Below are positions 31,815-43,114 of a stretch of DNA of 64,000 nucleotides, piece after piece. Under the pieces are notes generated by a model that searched no databases, had not been told where the DNA came from, and saw only the letters and a list, made by a program, of their open reading frames with translations. Location: assembly GCA_048013815.1 (NCBI GenBank), contig CM106586.1, positions 372,001-436,000 of the forward strand. The letters are read 5' to 3'. Source of the stretch: Setoptus koraiensis. Its lineage: Eukaryota; Animalia; Arthropoda. Within the stretch, counting starts at the first letter, position 1. Each line of letters begins with the position of its first letter. A program made the translations under genes and the position numbers.

Positions 31815-34800
31815 ATGAGTGGTCAAGACCAGACAAAGAACCTCGGTAATTCTCAAGAGAAACCAGGAGTTACGACAAGAAGTCAAGCTGCCAAGAGTAC
31901 AGATACTCAAGAAACAATACCTGAGGGTCAGGTTGAGCAGTCTCGAATGAGTCTACTGGATGAAGAGAATACAGGTGATGTCACGCCGACCTTACAGGAA
32001 TCATTGAGTTTGTTGGTACAACATTCGATTCAGACATCTATATATCAACGTGAATCAAAAGAGGACTTCTGGAAGTCAATGGAGCTCTTGACGAACCAAA
32101 ATCGAGATATCTTGACAACGATACAAGAATCTAGTGAGAGACAGAATATGAATATCCTGTCGGCGATACAAGAGTCGAACGAGAGAATGATGAATCTCTT
32201 ATTAGGGAGGCTCGAGAGCCCGAGACCTCAAGAAGTCGGTTCGAATCGCGCGCCTGTTGATAAGTCGGTTCCGGATGAACGACGAACGCATGCTCAGGAC
32301 GCAACCGACAACACACTGTTGCTCGATTTAAGCGACAATGAAACAAGTACGACGTTACCAGCAAGAGAGGCAACGATCGTTATACATCAGAAGATAGAAG
32401 CTAGAAGAGCTCCAGTCTTCAAGGGAGACGCTGATGACTCCATGGAGTTCTTGTTTAAATTCAATGATATTGCTGATATTAATTCGTGGACTGAACCAGT
32501 CAAGATCGCCCAAGCCAGGGGATCATTAGAGGGCAGTGCCAGATCATGGTATCACAATACATTCAGTGATAGAAATCCAAGAACTTGGTTAGAATTTGAA
32601 GATAAATTCAAACAACACTTCTTCATCGGCAACGAAGAAGACATACTCAGAGAAAAACTCAGAATGGTGGGTCGAGACCCTACAGAATCTCCTCTGAGCT
32701 ATTATGATCGAGTGATCGAGCTGTGTCGGATGTTAGATAAGAACATGTCCGAACGAGCTATCATCTCGTATGTGATAAAAGGGTTAGATAGTGAGTCTCA
32801 AGAGACCGTGAAGATGCATGATCCTCAAACGCTAGTCAATCTATTAAGAATGGTCAAGCTCTTGAACGTTTCATGGAAGAATAAACGAACAGAGAAGACA
32901 ACGCGGTATACGAGGAAGCCTTACGAACCGAGAAAGTCACCACCATCACCCAAAAAAGAAAATGAAGTGGCTAGGCAAGAACGTATGAAGAACGTCGAAT
33001 GCCACCACTGTAAAGAGAAAGGCCATTATGTAAGGACATGTCCTAAATGGTCACAAGAGAAGAATTCTCAAGAGAAAGTAGAGAAGCCCGCAGAGGCAAC
33101 GACACCGAAATATCCAGCGAGATCAAGGAAGGTGAATGCGGCCGAACAGCAACCAGGCATTTACCTCAATTACAGAGAAGAATCTCCAGAGATCGAGTCG
33201 TTGTTATCAACTGAAAGAGATGGATTATCATCAGTTGAAGTTGCAAACATATCCACAAGTGGAAAGCGAGACCCATTTCAGGTCCTCAATGTCAGAGTCA
33301 ACGGAGTGGAACTCAAGGCAACCCTGGATTCAGGTGCCTTTTGTACGATAATACCCGCAAGCTTGGCAGAAAAGACGTGGACACCGGTCTATCGATGGAA
33401 AGGACCGCTGGTCAGATTGGCAGATGGTCATCAAGAAGCGCCACTTGGATATTGCGAATTGTTTATAGTCTATGACCAACGAACTATAACAATTTCGGCC
33501 CTCATCTTACGTAACGCACCTGATGTACTGTTGGGTAGAGATTACGCCCACAAGGCAGGTATGGTTATGTCATTTCCGGACAACGTCGTGACGTATCATG
33601 ACCGTTACATCGATCGATATGCTCGTCGATACATAGAGAACAGTCGACCTCTGAAGGTAGACAATGGTTGTCAATGTGATACGGAAGTTCAAGAACTCAA
33701 CACAATCAACGCCATCGAACCAGAGGAAGATAAATCAAAACAAGAATTGTTTATTGAATATCCGAAAGGAGTGATCAAGATCAACCAAGTGACACTTATA
33801 GAACAGAACGACAGTGATAAAGAAGAACCAGTTCTCAAGTCGTGTCAACATACAATCATTCCACCGGCTCATAGAGCGGTGATGTTAGTGAAACCTCAAA
33901 ACATAGAAGATGAATTGTTAATCATCGAACCTCATCATAAGTCTGGACTTTCGTTTGTTCCAGGTGTGATAAAGAACAGACCATCAACAATAGAAGTATT
34001 TAATGTGTCGAACAATACTGTCTACATCGACAAGAATACCAGTGTCGGTACACTAAGTGGTCTGGACCAACGAGAAAGTGCAAGTTGTCATGAAGATATA
34101 GTGATAAATAATCTTCTAGAAGATAAACAACGCAGCGCATTGAAGAATATGATAGACAAACACAAGTCAATATTTGTCAGCAATGACGAAGAGATAGGTT
34201 TAGTACCTCACATCCGTCACCACATAGATACAGGTGAAGCATCACCGATTGCAACCAAACCTTACTACGTATCCAAGAAGGAACGTGAAGTTATCAAGAC
34301 CATGGTAGAGAAAATGTTAGATGCACAAATAATAAGACCATCAAGGAGCCCTTGGGCTAGTCCAGTCGTCTTAGTGAAGAAAAGAGGTACGTCAGACCTT
34401 CGATTTTGCGTGGATTATCGCAAATTGAACAAGATAACAAAGACTGACGCCTATCCGATTCCAAATATGGAACAAGTGCTAGAGAATCTATCAGGTAATC
34501 ACTGGTTTAGTAAGCTAGACGTGAAAGCCATGTACTGGCAAGTCCAGATGTGCGACGAAGATCGCCAAAAGACAGCTTTCGTGGTACACTTAGGCCAATA
34601 TGAGTTCAACGTTATGCCGTTCGGCTTGGTGTCAGCCCCGATGACCGCGATGCGAGTAATGAATGACGTAACTCGTAACATGGAGAACGAATGTTTTGTG
34701 TTCTATGACGACGTATTAGTCTACACGCAGACGTTTGAACAACATTTGAGTTCTCTAGAGAAACTTTTTGGGCGCCTTCATGAGGCCAACATCAGATTGA

Positions 34801-36794
34801 ATGCAAAGAAATGCGAGATGGCATTCAATTCAATCATGTATCTGGGCCACATAGTTACACCCGAAGGTATCAAGCCCGACCCATCAAAGATAACTGCGAT
34901 TACGCAATTTAGAAGCCCGAAGAGCCTCACTGAAGCACGTAGCTTCATGGGGATGTGCAATTTCTTTAGGCGTTACATCAAGGACTTTGCGAGTCACGCA
35001 AAGCCAATCACAGACACTCTAAGAACGAAACAAAAATTCCAATGGACACCGGAAGCGGAAGTTGCATTAGGAGTCCTCAAGAGGAAGCTAACCAATCCGC
35101 CGGTGCTTGTCCATTACGACCAGAAAGGACACCTGACAATCAGATGTGATGCCTCAGGCTATGGTCTAGGCGGTGTTTTGTTGCAAGAGAGTCAGGACCC
35201 TGTGAAGAAAGGTGTAATAGCATTCACCAGCAGAAAGTTACAAGGAGCAGAACTAAACTATTCGACAACTCATAAAGAATGCTTAGCTTTAGTTCATTGC
35301 GTAACTCACTGGAGAACTTACTTATTCGGTCATGAGTTCACAATTCAAACAGATCATCATGCTTTGTGTTGGCTCATGAGCCTCAAAGACCCGTTGGGTC
35401 GGCTAATTAAGTGGGCTTTGTTACTCCAAGAGTATAAATTTAAGATACAATATAATACAGGTCGTAGCCACAACGATGCTGACTGTTTATCAAGATATCC
35501 AGAGGATAGTGAGAACGTCAAGACGTACAGCGACGACGTACCAACGTGGCCAGTGAATGTGGTCACCAGATCAAGACGAACTACGACTCCTCAAGAGGAT
35601 ATAGCATTACCGTTGTTGCCAATTAAAGACGTAGCAACAGAACAACTCAAGCAAGAAGATCTCAAGAAGATCATCGAGACTCTACAACAGCCACAATTGA
35701 AACCGAAGCAAGCGAAAGGCTTAATGAAAAAGTTTAAATTAATTGACGGCAAGTTGTATAGACGAGGTCGCAGACCTCACACAACTAATTACTTGTTGAT
35801 GCTCCCAAAGTCAATGGTCAGTAATGTGCTGAACATTATGCACGACCAACCGACGGGTGGTCACTTTGGCATCAAAAGAACACTTAACTCAGTTAGAGAC
35901 AGATTTTTCTGGAACACTCTTCAAGAAGATGTGCATAAATATGTCAAGACATGCGATATCTGTCAGAAGCGGAAGAGTAGACATGATAAGCCGTATGGTT
36001 TACTTGGTTCGATACCAATTCCATCACAAATCTTTGAAACATTAGGTCTAGACCTCATTGGACCTTTGCCACCATCATCGTTACGTAATCAGTACATAAT
36101 TACGATAACCGATTATTTAACAAAGTTTGTCATTGCCAAGGCAATTAAAGAAGCGTCCAGTGACATAATTAAACGAGTTCTAGAACTCAATGTGTTCTAC
36201 GCGTATGGTTTTCCGAACACTATAATCACCGATAATGGTTCGAATTTGACTTCGGACGTGATGGAACAATTTTTTGAGTCCAACAGGATCAAACACCGAA
36301 CCACCTGTCCTTACAGACCGCAAGGTAACGGACAGGTGGAGAGATACAACAAGACATTAGGCAATCAATTAGCAATCTTTGCTCACGACAAGCCGAAGAG
36401 TTGGTGTTCATATGTCGAGGCCCTGGCCTACGCCTATAACACAACTATACATGAATCTCACAAGCAACTGCCATATGTGCTAGTGTTTGGCAGAGAGCCA
36501 ACACTACCGATTGATTTAATGTTAGAGACAATTCAAAAAGATGGTCAAGACCACGAGAAGCTACAAGAGCTACGAAGTTTTGCTCAAAAGCTTATCCAGA
36601 AGAATCAGCAAACAAGAATTACTCGTCACAACGAGAACCATATAGAGAAAACGTTTGCTGTAGGTCAGAAAGTTTTGTTATATCGACCGCATTACCATGC
36701 AGGCGAATCGAAAAAATTTAAGATCAAATACCGTGGTCCATATACAGTTGTCAAAAAATTTAGTGATTTGAACTATCAAATAGTTGAAGATTAA
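31815..36794 (+). CDS. G2 gag-pol polyprotein (1659 aa; a premature TAA probably removes the last 22 codons)
   Basis: CHHCKEKGHYVRTC, LDSGA, RFCVDYRKLN, FYDD, CDASG, HDQPTGGH..CDIC, DLIGP, TDNG, YRGPY. In-frame TKKELIVHVNHLKEY continues after the stop to TGA at 36858-36860. Confidence 0.92.
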   Translation: MSGQDQTKNLGNSQEKPGVTTRSQAAKSTDTQETIPEGQVEQSRMSLLDEENTGDVTPTLQESLSLLVQHSIQTSIYQRESKEDFWKSMELLTNQNRDILTTIQESSERQNMNILSAIQESNERMMNLLLGRLESPRPQEVGSNRAPVDKSVPDERRTHAQDATDNTLLLDLSDNETSTTLPAREATIVIHQKIEARRAPVFKGDADDSMEFLFKFNDIADINSWTEPVKIAQARGSLEGSARSWYHNTFSDRNPRTWLEFEDKFKQHFFIGNEEDILREKLRMVGRDPTESPLSYYDRVIELCRMLDKNMSERAIISYVIKGLDSESQETVKMHDPQTLVNLLRMVKLLNVSWKNKRTEKTTRYTRKPYEPRKSPPSPKKENEVARQERMKNVECHHCKEKGHYVRTCPKWSQEKNSQEKVEKPAEATTPKYPARSRKVNAAEQQPGIYLNYREESPEIESLLSTERDGLSSVEVANISTSGKRDPFQVLNVRVNGVELKATLDSGAFCTIIPASLAEKTWTPVYRWKGPLVRLADGHQEAPLGYCELFIVYDQRTITISALILRNAPDVLLGRDYAHKAGMVMSFPDNVVTYHDRYIDRYARRYIENSRPLKVDNGCQCDTEVQELNTINAIEPEEDKSKQELFIEYPKGVIKINQVTLIEQNDSDKEEPVLKSCQHTIIPPAHRAVMLVKPQNIEDELLIIEPHHKSGLSFVPGVIKNRPSTIEVFNVSNNTVYIDKNTSVGTLSGLDQRESASCHEDIVINNLLEDKQRSALKNMIDKHKSIFVSNDEEIGLVPHIRHHIDTGEASPIATKPYYVSKKEREVIKTMVEKMLDAQIIRPSRSPWASPVVLVKKRGTSDLRFCVDYRKLNKITKTDAYPIPNMEQVLENLSGNHWFSKLDVKAMYWQVQMCDEDRQKTAFVVHLGQYEFNVMPFGLVSAPMTAMRVMNDVTRNMENECFVFYDDVLVYTQTFEQHLSSLEKLFGRLHEANIRLNAKKCEMAFNSIMYLGHIVTPEGIKPDPSKITAITQFRSPKSLTEARSFMGMCNFFRRYIKDFASHAKPITDTLRTKQKFQWTPEAEVALGVLKRKLTNPPVLVHYDQKGHLTIRCDASGYGLGGVLLQESQDPVKKGVIAFTSRKLQGAELNYSTTHKECLALVHCVTHWRTYLFGHEFTIQTDHHALCWLMSLKDPLGRLIKWALLLQEYKFKIQYNTGRSHNDADCLSRYPEDSENVKTYSDDVPTWPVNVVTRSRRTTTPQEDIALPLLPIKDVATEQLKQEDLKKIIETLQQPQLKPKQAKGLMKKFKLIDGKLYRRGRRPHTTNYLLMLPKSMVSNVLNIMHDQPTGGHFGIKRTLNSVRDRFFWNTLQEDVHKYVKTCDICQKRKSRHDKPYGLLGSIPIPSQIFETLGLDLIGPLPPSSLRNQYIITITDYLTKFVIAKAIKEASSDIIKRVLELNVFYAYGFPNTIITDNGSNLTSDVMEQFFESNRIKHRTTCPYRPQGNGQVERYNKTLGNQLAIFAHDKPKSWCSYVEALAYAYNTTIHESHKQLPYVLVFGREPTLPIDLMLETIQKDGQDHEKLQELRSFAQKLIQKNQQTRITRHNENHIEKTFAVGQKVLLYRPHYHAGESKKFKIKYRGPYTVVKKFSDLNYQIVED

Positions 36795-37401
36795 ACAAAG
36801 AAAGAACTTATAGTTCACGTCAACCACCTAAAAGAGTATCAGACTCGAGGCGAGTCTTGACTCGGTAGGGGCGAACAGAATATAGAGGTCAAAACCTCGA
36901 ATTCCAACTAGAAAGATCAAGATCTCAACATTATGTAAATATTCATGAATCAAGATGTAGCAATGACACCGCTTATAATCAAACTATTCACACAACTTCC
37001 GGTGCCATAACACGATTTGAATTTACGCGCTGTTACCTAAAACAACGTGTTGAACTACATTACCATAGTGTCGCTCAACAACACGCTCAACCCTATCGTC
37101 ACACATGCTCGAATGCGAGAGCACACCATACCACGCTCATTTCACACTAAGATACACAAGGTCAAGACCTAATATATAAATTGATTATTACCAAGACAGC
37201 AATCCATCCACAAACACAGATAATTTACAACATCAACACAACATGGACGCATCTAGATGCCCGTTGTGCGGATTTACCGAGGATGAACAACATGTCTGCA
37301 CCGAAGTCATCGGAGACCGACTCCGACATGTCCGGAATGGTTTAGTCGACATGAGTGGACAGCTAAAAAAGAAGTTTGACTTTCTCAACGATTTAATTGT
37401 C

Positions 37402-38270
37402 GGTTGTTCTAGCGATTAGGTCCCCAACCGGATCTTGATGAAACTACCGGTATAGGTCTATTCTGACCTAACTAAGACGAAAAAAGTGGTCCGGAAGCCA
37501 GGAAACTTCCGGTTCCGGTTTTACATAAAGTTAAAGCTAGAGCTCTGAAATTCACTACAGGGACGTTTCAAGCTACGCTGAACACGATGACATAATTTTC
37601 AGCTCTGTGCGACTTCCGGTTTTCGAGATATAGAGATATTACTGGGGCTAGAATACCGGAAGTGACCAAATTATTGCTTCGCTGCGCTCAGGGATGCACA
37701 TGCGGTGTGTCTGAGAACTCGGCCTGCGGCCTCGTATTCTGGAGGCCGTCACATCTCCGTCGTCGCTACCGCGACGACTGCGTGCGACGGGAACCCTTCG
37801 GGTAGGGTTGATGAGCGCTTCGGGTATCGGGCTGCGCCCTCTACCCTCCGCTCACATGACTGCAATCCAAACACAGCTGCAGGCGGGAAGAGTGAACGAA
37901 CCAACTAATTCGTTGATATTCAGGGTTAAAATGACCGAAACAGACATGGATACAGGGTGTTGCGCGCACGAGGCACAGGATGGGTCCGCTCATCGCGACC
38001 GCACAGGGCCCGGCCACACCCTTTTTTGCGTTAAACAGCTATATCTAGGTAACCGGAGGTGGCAGAAGATTAATTTTGATCTCATCGTGCTCCGCTAGGC
38101 GTCATCTATCCGATTATGAATTTTCAAAGCTCTGTCTCAATCTTAAGGTAACTCCGGAACCGGAAGTTTCCTGGCTTCCGGTCTACTCATTCCATGATAT
38201 GGGGCCCCTACGGGACCCATGTGTGAAGTTTCATCGAAATCTGAGTGGGGACCTAATCGCAAGAACACCC
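37402..38270 (+). mobile_element. Merlin-like family A element, simple form (869 bp)
   Basis: Both TIRs present; flanks TAATTGTC and GAGATCGA do not match. Confidence 0.8.
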
Positions 38271-38315
38271 GAGATCGAGATTTGGAGAACGGCAATGTAT
38301 GTTCACGGATTTTTC

Positions 38316-39352
38316 GGGTGTTCTATCGAATAGTGACCAAGCCCGATCTCCATGAAACTTCACCCCTGGGCCCCGTAGGGGCCCCAAAGAACAAATAAAG
38401 TGGTCCGGAAGTGCGGAAATTTCCACTTCCGGAGATATGGAAATATGCATTTTTCGGGTCTCAGAGGGGCCTCAGACCCCAAATTTTCGTATCATTGTCT
38501 AGATTCAGATGCTATCCATGTGATAGCGTTAGGATAAATCTCTTACATCAACTCGTTCGCGAGATATTTGACAAGAAGTGCAAGTCACACTTCCGGTTTG
38601 AAAACTGACGCGATTCGGCAGTACTACAACCTAGTTACGGTCTCTAAAGCAAGTTCACACCCCATATAGAGTAAACCCGGCCCGATCACGGGCCCCGCCC
38701 ACTCGACTCCCATTCCTCGGGAAGAATCTTTTTTAGTTAGGTGGCCGTCAGTCGTCCCGCCGGAGGCCGCAGGCCGTAGGCGTGGACGACTGGAGGCCGA
38801 ACCCCTCCTCAGGCCTGGGCCCAAGCTACTCGACCGTGGTACTCTTTTCCGGTGGTAAAATCGCAAAAGTTTGGGGATATATCCCTTTATTCTATTTTAA
38901 GCATCTGTATTAATGCCACGAATGGGTCGATCTCTCTACGGACACAGTCTCTACGCCACATGTACTCGATCATGTGCTCGCTGATATCATCTATCCGTAT
39001 GCCTCCCTTATTGAACTTCCTCCTCAATGATCTCCAGCTCGATTCCATCCTCTGGGTATAGGTACCGTCCGATGCCACGAACTCGCGCTTTTATTCTATC
39101 TCTAGGGCTTTTAGGTATGATCTACCATCGGTATAATGACAACAGTACCTCACCGGATATCCAGGCGGGTGGGTGCGGCCGATGGTACCGTCAATAGACC
39201 CTCAAATACCCAGAATGCGGTACCTCGGGTATCTCGGGAACGTAGAATTTCCGCACTTCCGGAATACCTTTTCCGGTCTCAGGGCACAATACCCTACCCG
39301 AAAATACCCAAAATACCCAAATTGGGCGTGGTCACTATTCGATAGAATAACC
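38316..39352. mobile_element. Merlin-like family B element (1037 bp) inserted in G1 env
   Basis: TIRs GGGTGTTCTATCGAATAGTGACCA / TGGTCACTATTCGATAGAATAACC; perfect 8-bp TSD GATTTTTC (38308-38315, 39353-39360). Confidence 0.9.
38887..39090 (-). pseudogene. C-terminal remnant of a Merlin/IS1595-family (IS1016-like) DDE transposase
   Basis: KREFVASDGTYTQRMESSWRSLRRKF...HMIEYMWRR...DPF resembles the FV..DG.HTQ.IES.W / YL.EF.WR signature. Confidence 0.7.
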
Positions 39353-40612
39353 GATTTTTCTTCCATGATGTCTTTGTTTGTGAGCTCCTTGAAGCAGTTG
39401 GAAGTGATGTTATGTAGTACCCATGATGGGCCATTATAAGTCATGCGACATAGTTCCTCCAAGGATCCGTTCATGTGTTCGATGCTGTTGACTTCATGAC
39501 AACCGTTCGGGTGTCGATTATTGGCGACGTAAAGCGTAGTGAAAGCCTGTTGCTTTCCTTGTCATACGAGCATTCCGATGGCCTTGCTCGGCTCAACGTG
39601 GCATGGCTATATTTTTCGCTCGCTCCTAGTAATGCAAAGAGGTTCGGTGATATGCTCTTGCTCTCCCAATCCTGTCTTATGGAAGTGAGTTGGTACTCCA
39701 TTTTGTGTAGTTTGTCAGAGTATAGTGCCATTAACATGGCCGCTGATATGTCTGCGGAGTATTCTTTTTGGACCTCCTCGATTTTCTTTTTGAACTGCAG
39801 CCGGTACTCTTGTGCTATGCTCTCCTGGTTAACTATCTGGTTCCGGATATTTCGGACATTGTTTGCCAATTTGTTCGTAATATTTTGTTGTTCGTCTGCA
39901 TGTTATTGGATTTGCTGCGTCACGCCGTTTATTTCTTTCCTCAACTGTTCTTCCGACACTATGTTGCTGTATAAGCTGTATGCTAGGATCGGTAGTAGCA
40001 AGGTTCGTATTTTGATGGCGTGCGGATTTTCCCTGCAGAATTTGTTCATATTCACCACGACCTTTTCTTGGAACTCTGCTTCACACTAGGCTCTTAGATT
40101 GTGAGTTTTTGTCGGGAAAAGTTCTTCGCATGGTGAGCTTACTTGGAAGGTGGCTTCGTGGTTCGTCACACCTACTACCACAGCGATGTCTGAAGCCTCC
40201 CACAACACAAGATCACTCTTTGGCAGTGGTCTCCATGCTTCTGTGTGACACGCTGACATTATCATCATCATGATCGTTGCTAGGTAAGCCGTTTTCGGGT
40301 TCAGCCGTTGCTTTCTCCTACTTTTCGCGGTGTGCCTTTGATCTGCACTGCTAGTAACGACTTGTTTTGGTATCGTGTTCGTTTGGTCTGGAGTGCTGGA
40401 TGCGATTTGCTTTGGCATTGTGTTTGGCAGTTCTACGACCTCCTCGAGTTCCAAGTTTTCTTGTTCTTCTGGGTCGCTCTGAATGTTCGGTTGCTGTGTT
40501 TGTTCATTCTGTTCCTCGCTGATGTCGATTCCATGGTATGGAAATATTTTACTCACGTGCGTGGTTGTGATTGGCTTGCGAGCCTTGTACATATCCTTTA
40601 CTAGTACGATTT

Positions 40613-41610
40613 TTAGCGCTTAATTTTAATTAAGGGCTTATGATGTAGTGTTGTTGGATCCTATAAATCACGCATGAATATCCACGCACGGTATGATGGT
40701 GGATACTTAATTCTTGCATTTCATAGGATATTCACCAATTGTGCTATGGTGATTCACGCGCTGTGTGCTTGTGAATACTCCGACTTTGTATGCCAGTGAA
40801 TATCCACGTACCGATTTATTTGTGGATATTCACAGTTTTCGATCTTTAGTCACGCGCTGTGTGCTTGCATACATTAGTACTAGCATAATCAGTGCTTAGT
40901 GAGTGTGTAGGCAGGAATGTGCTTGGGAGGTGGGAGGTGGGAGGTACACTCAAGCTTGAGATTCGAAAGTTCGTCCACCTCCCAAACACACATTTACTAG
41001 GGAGGTGGATTGAATTTTGAGTCTCGGGCTCATGTCTAGTTAGGAGGTGGACCGAAGCTATAACGAGATAGGTTTAGCTACTCAAAATAGCGTGGGGCGA
41101 CTCATGCTTGGGAGGTGGACTAGCTTGAGCTTAAACAATAAGTTCACCTCCTGAGCATGCAACAACCTACATACAAGTTTGAGACTCGAAGGTTCGTCCA
41201 CCTCCCAAACACACATTTCAGGGAGGTGAATTGAATTTTAAGTCCCGGGCTCATGCAGAGGTTAATGTATTGTGAAGAGGTGGATCGATGCTATACACGA
41301 TCTGTGCAAGTCTTATAAATTTTCTGTTTCTAGTATTGGCGCTATAGGCAATTCTGGATCATGTTAGCTCATTCGAAACATCGGATTTCTGATCACATGT
41401 GAATATCGTGATATTTGAACATGTTCCCACCTATCCGTTTTGATGATACTCTGTGTGTGTGTTGTGCATGTTGCTCGCAACATTATGTGCAAGTATGATC
41501 AGAAATCAATTGGTCGTTTTCGAGACAGAAAGAAATTTTGGCTGACGGATGTCATGTGAATATCGTGATATTTGAACATGTTCCCACCAGGATAAATTCT
41601 TGAAACTTTC
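40613..41610 (+). mobile_element. HINE, 157-bp-repeat family, 5' part
   Basis: Starts TTAGCGCTTAATTTTAATTAAG within the TTTT of G1; contains about 1.2 units of the 157-bp repeat (41395-41588); mirrored at 63590-64000. Confidence 0.7.
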
Positions 41611-42613
41611 GGGTGTTCTCCGAAAAGACGACACACTCCGATTTCCTTCAAACTTTACACATGGGCCCCGAAGGGGCCCAAAAGAACAAATAAAGTGGTC
41701 CGGAAGTGCGGAAATTTCTACTTCCGGAGATATAGAAAAATGCATTTTTCGGGCCTCAGAGAGGCCTCAGAGCAAAAATTTTTGAAAGATTGTCTAGATC
41801 CACATGCTATCTATGTGACAGCGTCAAGATAAATCTTCTACATCAACTCGTTCGCGAGATATTCTACAATAAGTACAAGTCACACTTCCGCCTTCGAAAC
41901 TGATGTTATTCGGCTGTACTACCAACTAGTTACGGTCTCTAAAGCAAGTTCACACCCCATATAGAAGAAACCCGGCCCGATCACGGGCCCCGCCCATTCG
42001 ACTCCCAGTCCTCGGGAAGAATCTTTTTCAGGTAGGTGGCCGTCAGTCGTCCCGCCGGAGGCCGCAGGCCGTAGGCGTGGACGACTGGAGGCCGAACCCC
42101 TTCTCCGGCCCGGACCCGAGATGCATGGCAGACGGAAGGGCTATTGTACTGCCTTGAACCCTGGCCCTGAACCTTTATTAGTAGGATTCCTGGCCGGGGC
42201 TAGGACGTCAGGCTTCGCCTGAGGTGTTATTCTTTTCAGGTAGTACGGTCCCAAAAGTTTGGGGGTATATCCTTTAATTAATTATGCGCAGTTTCAATTC
42301 GTGCCGTGCGCATCGGTCACGCCTCTTCAGTTTGACCGCTTTTATTTTCTTCCTTGAGCTTCTAGGTACAATCTACCACCGGTGCGTAGACCTTAGTACC
42401 CTACCCGATGTCCATGCGGGTGAGTAGGGCCGACTATACCGTCAATCTGCCCTCAAATACCCTAAAATACCCAGTATGCGGTACCTCGGGTATCTCGGGT
42501 ACGGGAAACTTCCGCACTTCCGGAATACCCATTCCGGTATCAGGGCATCATACTCTACCCATAAATACCCAAAATACCCAAATTGGGGTGTGTCGTCTTT
42601 TCGGAGAAGCCCC
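41611..42613. mobile_element. Merlin-like family C element (about 1.0 kb)
   Basis: TIR core TTCTCCGAAAAGACGACACAC at both ends; body homologous to family B; no clean TSD. Confidence 0.75.
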
Positions 42614-43114
42614 AAATCTTTTTGAAATCTGTCACGTTGATTCACTCTTACTTCAAAATCCCTATTTCCTCTCATTCTTCTCTTTTGTATATCGTATTCA
42701 GGCATTAGTTTTGGGTAGTTGTCTTTGGCCTGCCTGTATGTAATTTTCCTGGCAGGCCCGTTCTTCATAATGAGGAGGACCTTAGTTTGGGGTCCTCCGT
42801 GTTGTTTCTCAGGCAGTGGCATCACTGCCTCAACTTTGTTGCTGTTTGGGAGAGGGTCCAGCAGATTCTCAAACACCTCCATTTTTTTGCCAACATTTTG
42901 GGCTGGAGGTGCTTCTGCATTACAAGCTGTTGAATGCAGCATAGGAACCAAACTGCTCACTGAAAAGTCTATGTTAAAACTTGATTGTGATGTTGTTGCT
43001 GCTATTGATGTTGTTGCTGCTGTTGATGTTGATGTTGATGTTGATGCTGTTGGTGTTGGTGTTGGTGTTGTTGATGGTGATGGTGATGGTGCTGGTGCTG
43101 GTGCTGGTGCTGGT
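42614..43114 (-). other. Truncated reading frame: Pro/Ala/Ser/Thr-rich linker followed by a possible chromo-shadow-like domain
   Basis: PAPAPAPSPSPSTTPTPT...KVEAVM...KVLLIMKNGPARKITYRQAKDNYPKLMPEY; only visual similarity to the HP1 chromo shadow domain; no start codon. Confidence 0.3.
42987..43114. repeat. Mixed trinucleotide repeats (GTT/GCT/GAT/GGT)
   Basis: Seen directly. Confidence 0.9.

Larger units (their letters stand above)
31322..37401 (+). mobile_element. Ty3/gypsy family G2 (5' LTR to 3' region; 3' LTR missing)
   Basis: TG...CA LTR, PBS and a single gag-pol ORF; 3' region cut by a TIR element at 37402. Confidence 0.9.
38271..40612 (-). pseudogene. env: G1 copy 3: inverted integrase C-terminus and env fragment
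   Basis: Reverse complement of about 3995-5290, with an extra stop (near 39905), a 1-bp deletion (near 39483) and a TIR insertion. Confidence 0.92.
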
